The notes under the pieces are model-generated. The model was given only the letters and a program-made list of their open reading frames with translations, made no database searches and was not told where the DNA came from. A stretch of DNA of 64,000 nucleotides from an uncultured Acidimicrobiia bacterium (GTDB lineage: Bacteria > Actinomycetota > Acidimicrobiia > Spongiisociales > JAOTWH01). The stretch is from contig CAYFYE010000003.1 of assembly GCA_964347285.1 (NCBI GenBank), positions 3,518-67,517 of the forward strand. The letters run 5' to 3'. Positions 1-8,935 of the stretch are shown piece after piece. A program made the position numbers and the translations under genes. Within the stretch, counting starts at the first letter, position 1. Each line of letters opens with the position of its first letter.

Positions 1-1
1 T

Positions 2-223
2 CCGGACACCGGATGGGAGAAGTACGCCGACGAATGGCAGGTCCGGGCCACCGACGGCACCGTCCTCGGCACCCGGACGCTTGCCCACCCCCACGTCGAC
101 GAGCAGCCCTTCACCCGATCCCTGGACGGAGTGGACATCCCCGAGGGCGTCGATCGGGTAATGATCGTGGCCCGTGACTCGGTGGAGGGGTATTGCGGCC
201 AGTCCTTCACCCTGGAGCTCTAG
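2..223 (+). CDS. C-terminal fragment of a hypothetical protein (the gene begins upstream of the window)
   Basis: An open frame runs from the window edge to TAG at 221-223 and translates as ...VMIVARDSVEGYCGQSFTLEL. No family was recognised. Confidence 0.35.
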   Translation, partial: PDTGWEKYADEWQVRATDGTVLGTRTLAHPHVDEQPFTRSLDGVDIPEGVDRVMIVARDSVEGYCGQSFTLEL

Positions 224-583
224 GTGCTCGCCGCGTTCATACTCTTCGGCTTCGGAGTCCTGGTGTACCGCACCGGCCAACAGGCCGGCGCCGGGACCCT
301 GCGGCGTGACTCCTGGTTCGCCTTTCGATCTGCCTGGGCCACGAAGAGCGACGAGGCGTGGGACCTGTCCCACCGGGTGGTTGCTCCGTACATGCGGGCG
401 GCCGGAACGATTGGAATCGTCGGGGGTATCGCCCTCGTTCCGTTCTCGCTCGGTGCGGTGGCCGAGTCCGACATCCCCACCGCCGTCATCTCGATCGTCG
501 CCGGCGGCTCACTGATCGGAGTCCTGGTGGTGGGGGCCTTCCGGGCCCGCCAGGCCGTCCAGAACCTTCCCGGAGACGACTAG
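224..583 (+). CDS. small polytopic membrane protein (SdpI/YhfL-like, hypothetical)
   Basis: GTG start immediately after the upstream stop. Hydrophobic helices (FILFGFGVLVY, IGIVGGIALVPF, ISIVAGGSLIGVLVVGAF). No similarity beyond topology. Confidence 0.45.
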   Translation: MLAAFILFGFGVLVYRTGQQAGAGTLRRDSWFAFRSAWATKSDEAWDLSHRVVAPYMRAAGTIGIVGGIALVPFSLGAVAESDIPTAVISIVAGGSLIGVLVVGAFRARQAVQNLPGDD

Positions 584-615
584 CAGCTGCGCCGCCGGAC
601 TCCGGCTCGGGCTTC

Positions 616-3138
616 TTACTCTTCGCGGGCGCGGAGGTAGGCGACGCCGAAGCCAGCGACTGCCACCACGGCCACCGCCGCCAGCGCCGCGATCACGATG
701 ACCGTCGTCGAGTCGCCGTCGTCGGAGGTCTCCGAAGGCGCGGTGGCCGCCTCCCGCAGCATCTCGTCCATGTGGTCGATGTGCTGGTCGTTGGCGAGGA
801 TTTCCCCGTATTTGGCGACGACGGTCTCGGTCCAGAACTCGGTGTCGGCCATGTTGCGATGGCACCCCATGCACACCCCGGTCCGCTCCATGCGTTCCCG
901 CTGGTCCTGGCTCAGCGGACCCGAGTCCGGCCAATGGGACCCGACGATCTGGAGCTGCTCCCCGTCCCGGGACACGATCTGGCTCCAGTCGATGTTCAGC
1001 TCGGGAATGGCGGGTATCTGTGGCTGGGTCTGCTCCGGCCAGACGCTGCCGTCCGGCAGCTCGAGGTCGACGAAGACGTCCTCGGGGTAGCGGCGCTGGT
1101 AGCGGCCGTCCTGAATCCCGTAGCCGAGCGCCTTGGGGTCGCTGTGACAGCTCTCACAGGTGCGGGCGATGCGGGTCGCCGAGTGGGGCTGCACCGGAGC
1201 CATGTCGATGGCGAGCTGTCCTCCCTCGGCGGTCTCACTACCCGGCGGCGTCGTGCCCACGGCGTTGTGGAGAAGGACCTCGCCGTCGGGCCCGATGACC
1301 GTCTTCACCACCTGGCAGCCCGGCATCAGGGGAGTGACCCGCCCCTCGCCGTTCAAGCCCAGGATCGGCTCCTCCCAGCGGAGGTAGGAGCGAGACTCGT
1401 TCACCTCGCCCGGTGACTCGCCGGGCGAGGTGCCCAGGATGACGCCCGGCGACGTAATCGCCTCATGGGCCTCTTCGGGGTGCTCGGCGATGGTGCGGCC
1501 ATCGGCGAAGCGGGTGTTGCCGATGGCCACCCAATCGGTGGCGGCAACACCTTCGCCGTAGTTTGCCTGGACATGGCACCCGTAGCATTGCGGCGCCCAA
1601 TCCGAGTGGCAGGCGTAGCACTCCAGCTCGTCGATGTGGGGAGCCACCGACGACATGGCGACCTCACTGGCCTCGCTCTTCCATTCGTCGGCGACCTTGA
1701 TGTTCTTCAGCACCGGGACCTCGTAGTCCCGTCCGGTGGCCGAGTGCACGATCACTGCGTTGCCGACCCGGACCACGTTGCCGAAAGGGTTGCCCCGGGC
1801 GGTCAGCAGATAGCCGTCCTCCGCGTCGTACACCGTGGCGTTGCCCTGGAAGGGAAGCAGCTCGTCGGTCACGCCGCGGGGCGTCTCCGGCAGCTCCCGG
1901 CCGAACTCCTCCTGGTAACCGATCGGCAGCTCCCAGGGGTACAGGTCGGGGGTGCCGTGACAGTCTGCGCACTCGATCTCCACCTGCGCCAGCGTGGTAC
2001 CGAAGATGTTGCCGTCGCCGTGCATGTCGGCGCTGGTGTGGCAGTCCTGGCACAGCATGCCCCCCTCGGGGTTGCCGGCACGGCTCTCCTGCTGGTGATG
2101 GAGGTCGTCCTTGATGAAGAGGTACTTCTTGGTGTGCAGGGGCGGCTGGGCCTCGCCGCTCTCGCTGAACGGCGACCCGTAAGGGAACTCCATCAGGCCC
2201 TGGTAGGTGACCCCGATGCGCTTGCCCCGGTTGTGGCACGAGACACAGGTCTCGGTGGGAATGCCGTTGTTGGCCTCCCGGGTGCCCTGGATGATGTGGG
2301 AGAGCATGTGCCCCGGCTCGTCCTTGGCAACGGTGGGATCGCCGCCCTCGTAGAAGCCCTCGTTGCTGTAGGGGATGTGGCAGGAGGAGCAGCCCATCCC
2401 CCGGTAGTCGCCCCGGGCCAGCCGTCCCTTGATGCCCACGTGGCAGCGCTGGCACTGCTGACGCTGGTAGGTGAATCCGGACAGGAACGGATCGTCCAGG
2501 ATCTCCTCGAGCGTGGGGTTGGGAAGCTGCTCGAGGGAGGAGGGGAACTGGTCGGGGAAGCGATCGATCAGGTCGGTCATGTAGGCCTTGTATCGATCCG
2601 TTCCGACCCGGGGCGTGGTCCCGTCCGGATCGTCGATGTCGTAGTTCCCCCACACCACCTTCTGGTCCTTCTGGACCGTCCAGGTGAACATGTTGCCCTG
2701 GATCTTGCCCGCCTCGCTCTGCATCAACGACCGATGGAGGTTGTAGGGGTGGTCGGGATGGCATTGCCCGCAGGTCTTGTCGGCGATCCAGAGGCTCCCG
2801 GGGTCGGGATAGAACTCCTCGGCGGCCAGGCCGGCCGGAGCCCCCTGGTGCGCTTCCTCGGCCGTGGCGGCCTGGGGGTCGCCGCCGTGACAGACCGTGC
2901 ACCCCGCCGGGTCGCCGGCCCCGGCTCCCAGGCCCTGGATTGCCGCCAGCATCCCCGAACCTTCTTCACGAATCGGTTCGATCCCGCCGTGGCACGCCAG
3001 ACACCCGTCGCCCGTGGCCTGATACAGGACGGCCGGGTGGCCCGAGGGCTCGGAGGCGGCCTGAGCCCCGGCCATGAGGAGGAGAGCGAGGAGGGCCGGT
3101 CCCACCAGCAGGCCCGCTGCCCGCAGCTCGAGCCGCAT
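616..3138 (-). CDS. multihaem (12x CxxCH) c-type cytochrome with Sec signal peptide and C-terminal transmembrane anchor
   Basis: Twelve CxxCH motifs (CLACH, CTVCH, CGQCH, CQRCH, CSSCH, CVSCH, CQDCH, CADCH, CYACH, CYGCH, CESCH, CMGCH). N-terminal MRLELRAAGLLVGPALLALLLMAGAQAA resembles a signal peptide. C-terminal VIVIAALAAVAVVAVAGFGVAYL is a TM helix followed by RAREE. Confidence 0.85.
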   Translation of the reverse strand: MRLELRAAGLLVGPALLALLLMAGAQAASEPSGHPAVLYQATGDGCLACHGGIEPIREEGSGMLAAIQGLGAGAGDPAGCTVCHGGDPQAATAEEAHQGAPAGLAAEEFYPDPGSLWIADKTCGQCHPDHPYNLHRSLMQSEAGKIQGNMFTWTVQKDQKVVWGNYDIDDPDGTTPRVGTDRYKAYMTDLIDRFPDQFPSSLEQLPNPTLEEILDDPFLSGFTYQRQQCQRCHVGIKGRLARGDYRGMGCSSCHIPYSNEGFYEGGDPTVAKDEPGHMLSHIIQGTREANNGIPTETCVSCHNRGKRIGVTYQGLMEFPYGSPFSESGEAQPPLHTKKYLFIKDDLHHQQESRAGNPEGGMLCQDCHTSADMHGDGNIFGTTLAQVEIECADCHGTPDLYPWELPIGYQEEFGRELPETPRGVTDELLPFQGNATVYDAEDGYLLTARGNPFGNVVRVGNAVIVHSATGRDYEVPVLKNIKVADEWKSEASEVAMSSVAPHIDELECYACHSDWAPQCYGCHVQANYGEGVAATDWVAIGNTRFADGRTIAEHPEEAHEAITSPGVILGTSPGESPGEVNESRSYLRWEEPILGLNGEGRVTPLMPGCQVVKTVIGPDGEVLLHNAVGTTPPGSETAEGGQLAIDMAPVQPHSATRIARTCESCHSDPKALGYGIQDGRYQRRYPEDVFVDLELPDGSVWPEQTQPQIPAIPELNIDWSQIVSRDGEQLQIVGSHWPDSGPLSQDQRERMERTGVCMGCHRNMADTEFWTETVVAKYGEILANDQHIDHMDEMLREAATAPSETSDDGDSTTVIVIAALAAVAVVAVAGFGVAYLRAREE

Positions 3139-3246
3139 CTCCCCCTCCCCTCTCGCCGCCGCCTACCGCGCGGCGTTGTGGCCTAGCGTCGCCAGGCGGA
3201 CCGGGCGTGGGTAGGGTCCAACGGCCCTTGTTCTGGAAAGTCGATC

Positions 3247-3277
3247 GGAGTGGGACTAGGGAGGCTCGTCCCACTCC
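3247..3277 (-). terminator. GC-rich hairpin (10-bp perfect stem GGAGTGGGAC / GTCCCACTCC, 11-nt loop) downstream of the glyoxalase gene and upstream of the cytochrome gene
   Basis: Perfect inverted repeat at 3247-3256 and 3268-3277. No clear U-tract, so it may be a terminator or a 5' leader structure. Confidence 0.35.
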
Positions 3278-3451
3278 CAGAGCGGACCCGGGCCAGTGCT
3301 CGATGGACCAGTCGATGCGAGACCCTTTTCATTCGGGTGAGAACCGTTGGGCCGCGGCTAGGACGGGCGCCGGCCGGGCACACCAAACGTGCTGCTGCAA
3401 CGACGCAGAGATGTTTCGGGGCCCCCTGCCCAGCGAAGACCGCGATAGCCC

Positions 3452-3895
3452 TTACAGGTCGAGCGGGCGGGGCGGCGTCAGCACCGCGGCCGGGTCGTCT
3501 CGCCAGGTCTCGGGCTGCACGTCGATGTACAGCTCGATTTCGTGCCCGTCCGGGTCGGTGATGTAGACGCTGTGGCTGACAACGTGGTCGCTTGAACCGT
3601 GGATGGTCACCCCGGCCTCACCGAGCTCCTTCACCGCCGCCCGGAGGTCGTCGTCGCTGTCGCCGATCTTCAGGCCGAAGTGGTACATGCCCACCCTCCG
3701 ACCAAGTGGGAGGGCCGAAGCATCGATGCCGACTTCGATCAACAGCAGCTCGTGGTGGGTGCGCGGCGTCGAGAAGGCGGCCAAGGGCCACTTGCTGGCG
3801 ATCTCCCGGAACCCGAGCACGTCGCGGTAGAAGCGGCGAGAGCGCTCGAGGTCTCGCACGTAGAGGACGACGTGGCCCAGTTCCTTGACCTGCAC
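3452..3895 (-). CDS. glyoxalase / bleomycin-resistance / VOC family protein
   Basis: Shows VOC hallmarks: VQVKELGHVVLYVRDLERSRRFYRDVLGF ... MYHFGLKIGD ... YITDPDGHEIELY. The GTG start at 3895 was chosen because the longer track ORF (to 4168) would run into the tmRNA gene. Confidence 0.65.
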   Translation of the reverse strand: MQVKELGHVVLYVRDLERSRRFYRDVLGFREIASKWPLAAFSTPRTHHELLLIEVGIDASALPLGRRVGMYHFGLKIGDSDDDLRAAVKELGEAGVTIHGSSDHVVSHSVYITDPDGHEIELYIDVQPETWRDDPAAVLTPPRPLDL

Positions 3896-3962
3896 GGGAT
3901 CAATAGTACGGAACCAGCACCGGCGCTGCCGGATACGGCACTCTGCCGCGACGGCAGGAATC

Positions 3963-4317
3963 GGTGGAGGTGCGGGGAGTCGAACCCCGGTCCTCTGAGG
4001 CTTCGGCGCCGGCATCTCCGAGCGCAGCCGACAGCGAGCCTTCGGGACAGTGGGACTCTGTCGGCTAGCTTCCCTCTGCCCTATCCCGAGTTGGGCTTGA
4101 CCCGCCGATCCGGGAGCCCCGGCGGGGGCATCCTGCTTTGCGACGCCCGATCCCGGCGAGGCAGGCACCCACCGAGGGGACGGGCTGCGTCAATTAGGCA
4201 GCCAGTGCGACGCTTTCGTCGGCACGTATTTGTTGTTCCGGTTGTTTCACGAGGACTCCGGAGACCTCGGCTCGCTTCCGACGCGTCGACCCTCAGAGTC
4301 GAAACCGCATCACCCCC
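3963..4317 (-). ncRNA. ssrA: tmRNA (ssrA, transfer-messenger RNA)
   Basis: 5' end is GGGGGUGAUGCGGUUUCGAC. 3' end is GGGGUUCGACUCCCCGCACCUCCACC, with a T-arm, an acceptor stem carrying the G3:U70 wobble, and CC encoded. The internal tag ORF GCC GAC GAA AGC GUC GCA CUG GCU GCC UAA gives the tag ADESVALAA. Located immediately downstream of smpB. Confidence 0.85.
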
Positions 4318-4396
4318 ATGGGGCTCTCTCACTATAGGAACAACATCGCCCGGGCCGGAGCGATTTCAGGGTCCGATGTCACGAGGCGTCTCCGAC

Positions 4397-4873
4397 TCAC
4401 CGCCGATAGCGGCGCGCCCTGTCCATCTCCCGCTCCTCCTCTTTCCTGCGCAGCTCGCGTCGCTTGTCGTAGGTCCGCTTGCCACGGGCCAGGCCCAGCT
4501 CGACCTTGGCTCTGCCCTCGCTGAAGTAGATCGCCAGCGGGATCAGGGTGAGGCCCTTTTCGGCGAGGGTGCCGGCCAGGCGATCGATCTGTCGGCGATG
4601 GAGGAGGAGTTTGCGCCGCCTCTCCGGTTCATGGCCGCCGTCGCGGGCAAAGGCGTATGGGGCGATGTGGAGGTTCTCCAGCCAGGCTTCCCCGCCGCGA
4701 ATGGTGGCATAGGCGTCCTTCAGATCGGCCTGTCCGGCCCGCAAGCTCTTCACCTCCGACCCCAGCAGCACCAGCCCCGCCTCGAAGGTGTCGAGGATCT
4801 CGAAGTTGCGGCGGGCCCGGCGGTTGCTGGCCACGACCGCGCGCCCCCTCTCCTCACGTGCCCGACGGCTCAC
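4397..4873 (-). CDS. smpB: SsrA-binding protein SmpB
   Basis: Conserved SmpB sequence: ...NRRARRNFEILDTFEAGLVLLGSEVKSLR ... LHIAPY ... GLTLIPLAIYF. Adjacent to the tmRNA gene. Confidence 0.9.
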   Translation of the reverse strand: MSRRAREERGRAVVASNRRARRNFEILDTFEAGLVLLGSEVKSLRAGQADLKDAYATIRGGEAWLENLHIAPYAFARDGGHEPERRRKLLLHRRQIDRLAGTLAEKGLTLIPLAIYFSEGRAKVELGLARGKRTYDKRRELRRKEEEREMDRARRYRR

Positions 4874-4888
4874 AGAGGCTCACAGATC

Positions 4889-6070
4889 TCACAGATAAGG
4901 CATCGGGTTCACCGGTCCGCCCTGCAGGCGCACCTCGAAGTGGAGGTGGGGGCCGGTGGACAGCCCGGTGCTGCCAACATATCCAACCGTCTGCCCGGCC
5001 GTGACCGTCTGCCCGTTCGACACGCCGATCTGACTCTGGTGGGCGTAGAGCGTGGACATGCCTCCTCCATGATCGATAACCACGGTGTTCCCGTATCCCC
5101 CGAACCAGCTGGCCAGGATCACGACGCCGTCGCCGGCGGCGGCAACGGCCTGCCCGTACCCGGCGGACAGGTCGATGCCGGTGTGGAGCCGGGTGATACC
5201 GAGGATGGGGTGGACCCTCGGACCGTAGAAGGAGGTGATCGACCCGGGGACCGGGCGGAGGAGAAGCCCCGGAGCATCGCCGCCCTGGCTCTGGGCCGCT
5301 CGGATCAGCGCTTTAATGCGCTCTTGCTCGACCTCCAGCCCGGCCAGCTCGGACTCGAAGTGCTCGATCTCTCGTTCGACCGTTGCGAGCAGAGTGCGCT
5401 GCAGACTCAGCTCGGCCTCGACCCGCTGCTTGCGCTCCGTCACCTGCTCGGCGAGTTCCTCGAGCCGTTCCCGCTGGACCCGCAGCCGGGCCACCTCCTC
5501 CTCGACCACGTCCTCCTGGTCGGCGACCGCCCCGGCCAGACGCTCCTGCTCCAGCTCGAGGGCATCGAGATCTTGAGCGATCTGTTCGGTGGCCTGGGCG
5601 GCCCGGGACGCATAGTCGAGGGAGAGGGTCAAGTGGATGACCTCGTCGAGCGCCAGCACCGCGGAGCCCAGATCTCGTCCCCCCGCCATGTAGAGGGCAA
5701 CCGCCTGATCGATGACGCGGCGTTTGGTGGCCTCCAGAGTGCGACGGGTGTCGTCGAGCGAGGCGTACCGCGCCTCGAGATCGCTGCGTATCCGTACCAG
5801 GTTGGCTTCCCGGTCGGCGATCTGATCCGCCACCGCCACCAGGTCGGCCTCGGCCTGCTCGAGGTCGGCGACCAGGCTCCGCATCCGGGCGTCGGTCTGG
5901 GTGATCTGGTTGCCGAGGTCGGTGCGGGTTGTCTGGGCGGCTTCGATGTGCACCCTGAGTCGGGAGATCTGGCCGCCGACTTCTTCTAGTTCCTCCTGGA
6001 GGTCGCCGGCAACCGGTGCGGCCGTCCCCAGCAGCATCAACAGGACGAGCAGGGCGGCTCGAAGCCGCAT
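4889..6070 (-). CDS. coiled-coil M23 (LytM-domain) metallopeptidase, EnvC-like, immediately downstream of ftsEX
   Basis: Signal peptide MRLRAALLVLLMLLGTAAPVAG, then a long heptad/coiled-coil region. C-terminal M23 domain has intact HxxxD (HTGIDL) and HxH (HLHFEV) motifs. The ATG at 6070 was chosen; the track ORF extends into ftsX. Confidence 0.8.
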   Translation of the reverse strand: MRLRAALLVLLMLLGTAAPVAGDLQEELEEVGGQISRLRVHIEAAQTTRTDLGNQITQTDARMRSLVADLEQAEADLVAVADQIADREANLVRIRSDLEARYASLDDTRRTLEATKRRVIDQAVALYMAGGRDLGSAVLALDEVIHLTLSLDYASRAAQATEQIAQDLDALELEQERLAGAVADQEDVVEEEVARLRVQRERLEELAEQVTERKQRVEAELSLQRTLLATVEREIEHFESELAGLEVEQERIKALIRAAQSQGGDAPGLLLRPVPGSITSFYGPRVHPILGITRLHTGIDLSAGYGQAVAAAGDGVVILASWFGGYGNTVVIDHGGGMSTLYAHQSQIGVSNGQTVTAGQTVGYVGSTGLSTGPHLHFEVRLQGGPVNPMPYL

Positions 6071-6074
6071 CGCC

Positions 6075-6962
6075 CTAGGCCTCTCGAAGGAAGCGGCGCA
6101 ACGCGATTCCGCTCCCCAGTACGCCGACGAGGATGCCAAACGCCAGCAGAATCGCGCCCCTCGAATAGATGAAATCGGTGGCGACCTCGAACCGGAACAA
6201 ATCGGGGAAGCGGTCCACCCCTTGTTCCAGCACCAACGCGTGGAGCCCGGCGACGAGCCCCACCGCCAGTAGGCCACCGATGAGCCCTTCGATCATCCCT
6301 TCCAGCAGGAAGGGGATCCGAACGAACCAGTTGCTCGCCCCGACGAGCTTCATGATCCCCACCTGGTCACGACGGGCGTAGATGGCCAGCCGGATCGTGT
6401 TGGCGATCAACACGACGGCCGAAACGGCCAACCCGATGACCACCACCAAGCTGAGTTGGGTCAAGAAGCTCCTGATCCCCAGCATCACGTCGAGAGCCGC
6501 CCCCGGCGAGGTGACGTCGATGATTCCGGGAGTGGCCGCCATGCGGTTCTCGAGTAGCTGATACTCCTCGCTATCGGCCGGCTTGATGCGGATCGACGCC
6601 GGCACGACGGTGGGATTCTCCTCGATCGTCCGTCGCACCAGCGAACCCTCCTCGAACATGCCCAGGGCCTCGTCGTAGGCCTCCGCCTTGCTCACGAACG
6701 TCACCTCGTCCACGCCGTCCCACCCCTCCACCTCCCGGATGAGAGCGTTGACGCCGCTCGGAGACAGTTCGTCATTTACGAAACCGATGAGGCGGACTCC
6801 GTCCTCCCAGCGCTGGGTATTGACCCGGACCAGCTCGGCAACCACCAGTGATCCGAAGGCCAAGACCAGCGTCACGAAGACGGCCAGCACCGCCCCCAAC
6901 ACCACCAGGGCATTGCGCCGGATGTTGACGAGGGCCTCTTTGATGAGGAAGAGGGCCCGCAT
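6075..6962 (-). CDS. ftsX: cell division permease FtsX
   Basis: Topology is an N-terminal TM, an extracellular loop, then three C-terminal TMs. Directly follows ftsE. Confidence 0.8.
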   Translation of the reverse strand: MRALFLIKEALVNIRRNALVVLGAVLAVFVTLVLAFGSLVVAELVRVNTQRWEDGVRLIGFVNDELSPSGVNALIREVEGWDGVDEVTFVSKAEAYDEALGMFEEGSLVRRTIEENPTVVPASIRIKPADSEEYQLLENRMAATPGIIDVTSPGAALDVMLGIRSFLTQLSLVVVIGLAVSAVVLIANTIRLAIYARRDQVGIMKLVGASNWFVRIPFLLEGMIEGLIGGLLAVGLVAGLHALVLEQGVDRFPDLFRFEVATDFIYSRGAILLAFGILVGVLGSGIALRRFLREA

Positions 6963-6964
6963 CG

Positions 6965-7681
6965 CTACGCCTCCGCGGCCGGCTGCGGTGCTACCGGCCG
7001 CCGGCTCTCGTAGACCCCCCGGCTCTGGTCGCGCACCACCCGGCCCCGCTCTAGCTCGACCACACGGCGGCGCATGGCGTCGACGATGGCGTGGTCGTGG
7101 GTGGCCATGACCACGGTGGTGCCGGTGCGGTTGATGCGATCGAGCAGCCGCATGATGCCCACCGATGTTCCCGGATCGAGGTTGCCGGTGGGCTCGTCGG
7201 CCAGAAGGATGAGCGGTCTGTTGACGAAGGCGCGTGCGATCGAGACCCGCTGCTGTTCACCGCCGGACAGCTGCTGCGGGAAGCGATCGGCCTTGGCCGC
7301 GAGGCCGACGAGCTTGAGCACCTGGGGTACTTGGGTCCGGATCACGTGGCGGGGGCGCCCGATCACTTCCAGGGCAAACGCCACGTTCTCGAAGACGGTC
7401 TTGGAGGGCAGGAGCTTGAAATCCTGGAATACGGTGCCGATAGAGCGACGAACATACGGGATCTTCCACGACGCCATGCCGGAGACGTGCTTACCGGCCA
7501 CCCAGATGTCGCCGGTGGTTGGGCGCTCCTCGCGCAGAATCAAGCGGATCATCGTCGACTTGCCGGAGCCCGATGGTCCCACCAGAAAGAGGAATTCCCC
7601 CTTCTGGACCTCCACACCGATGTCCTTCAGTGCGACGACACCGCCGTCGTAGACCTTTGAGACGTTTTGTAGACGAATCAT
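6965..7681 (-). CDS. ftsE: cell division ATP-binding protein FtsE
   Basis: Walker [13 protein letters not shown] signature LSGGEQQRV and Walker [14 protein letters not shown]-terminal [11 protein letters not shown] is typical of FtsE. Confidence 0.9.
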   Translation of the reverse strand: MIRLQNVSKVYDGGVVALKDIGVEVQKGEFLFLVGPSGSGKSTMIRLILREERPTTGDIWVAGKHVSGMASWKIPYVRRSIGTVFQDFKLLPSKTVFENVAFALEVIGRPRHVIRTQVPQVLKLVGLAAKADRFPQQLSGGEQQRVSIARAFVNRPLILLADEPTGNLDPGTSVGIMRLLDRINRTGTTVVMATHDHAIVDAMRRRVVELERGRVVRDQSRGVYESRRPVAPQPAAEA

Positions 7682-7824
7682 TCGCTCGTGGGCGCCCTCC
7701 GGGGCGCTGAGTGGCAGCTACGTTCTCGGCCCATACTCCGCCCGGGGCGTCCCAGAGAGGTTACCAAAGGTCGCGAATCCTCCCGTCTATTCGGGGTGAA
7801 CGGGTCCCCCGGACCGGAACCCCT

Positions 7825-8935
7825 CTAGCCCTGCTCGGCGCGTCGCCTCCTCCACTGCAGATACGCATCCACGAACTGCTCGAGATCGCCGTCGAGGACT
7901 CCTTGCACGTTGCCGACCTCGACCCCGGTGCGCAGGTCCTTGACCATCTGGTAAGGCTGCAACACGTAAGAGCGGAGCTGACGGCCCCAGGCGGCCTCCC
8001 CCTGATCGCCTCGAATCTCGTCGATTTCGGCCTGCTGCTCCTGGCGGGCCCGTTCGGCGAGTCGGGACGCCAGCAGCTCCATCGCCCGGGCCTTGTTCTG
8101 CATCTGGGAACGCTCCGCCTGACAGCTGACCACGATGCCGGACGGTTCGTGAGTTATCCGCACCGCCGAATCGGTGACGTTGACGTGCTGGCCCCCGGCG
8201 CCCTGGGACCGAAAGGTCTCGACGCGCAGATCGTCGGGATTGATCTCCACCTCGGCCACCTCGACCTCCGGAATGACGTCCACCGCGGCAAACGACGTGT
8301 GACGGCGAGAGGCGGCATCGAAGGGACTGATGCGCACCAGTCGGTGCACGCCGCGCTCCCCTTCCAGAATCCCGTAGGGGCGCTCACCCCGCACCGTGAG
8401 CGTGGCCGACTTGATGCCGGCCTCCTCGCCCGGCTGATACTCGTCGATCTCGACCTCGAATCCGGCCCGCTCCAGGAAACGGAGGTACATGCGCAGCATC
8501 ATCTCCGCCCAGTCCTGGGCATCCACCCCGCCCGCCCCGGCATGGAGGCTGAAGATCGCGGTACGGTCGTCGTACTCCCCCGAGAACAAACCCTCGCGCT
8601 CCAGCGTGTTGAGGAGTCCGTCGACCCGCTGCAGTTCGCTCAGAACATCTTCCCGGGCCGAGGCATCGTCCTCCTCCTCCGCCAAGGTGAGCAGCACGTC
8701 CGCATCCTGGATGGCCCGCTCCAACTCGCTCACGCGCTCGACGACCCCTTCCACGCGGGCCAGATCCCGGGTGACCCGGAGGGCCCGCTCCTGGTCCTCC
8801 CACAAATCGGGCGCAGCGGCCTCCTCCCTCAGCGCGGTGAGTCGAGCCTCCTTGCCGTCAACGTCAAAGGAACCTCCGGGCGTCATCGAGGCGCGAGCGA
8901 AGGTCCTTCAGCAGGGTTTGGGGATCGGTGGACAT
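7825..8935 (-). CDS. prfB: peptide chain release factor 2, with programmed +1 ribosomal frameshift
   Basis: Frame 0 is ATG TCC ACC ... CGG AGG TTC CTT TGA C (24 codons, then UGA). The +1 frame continues LDVDGKEARLT... through the GGQ motif (GGQHVNVTDSAVRITH). The CUU UGA C slippery/stop context with GGAGG 3 nt upstream matches the canonical RF2 autoregulatory frameshift site. Confidence 0.9.

Noticed and set aside
1465-3186. 573-aa plus-strand ORF, plus the nested 358..1416 and 1664..2902 ORFs
   Set aside because: All overlap the multihaem cytochrome gene, whose 12 CxxCH motifs identify the true frame. These are high-GC artefacts.
3452-4168. Full 238-aa version of the VOC/glyoxalase ORF
   Set aside because: The N-terminal 90 codons run across the 3' portion of the tmRNA gene on the same strand. 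The VOC domain begins at the GTG at 3895, so the shorter model was adopted.
3599-5989. 796-aa ORF on the plus strand
   Set aside because: It lies antisense to tmRNA, smpB and the M23 peptidase genes, all of which have strong motif support. Long stop-free antisense frames are expected at about 70% GC, and the translation is Arg/Gly/Pro-rich with no motifs.
4889-6277. Upstream extension of the M23 peptidase ORF (MAYWRWGSS...)
   Set aside because: The extension overlaps the 3' end of ftsX. The internal ATG at 6070 starts a textbook signal peptide (MRLRAALLVLLMLL) 5 nt after the ftsX stop.
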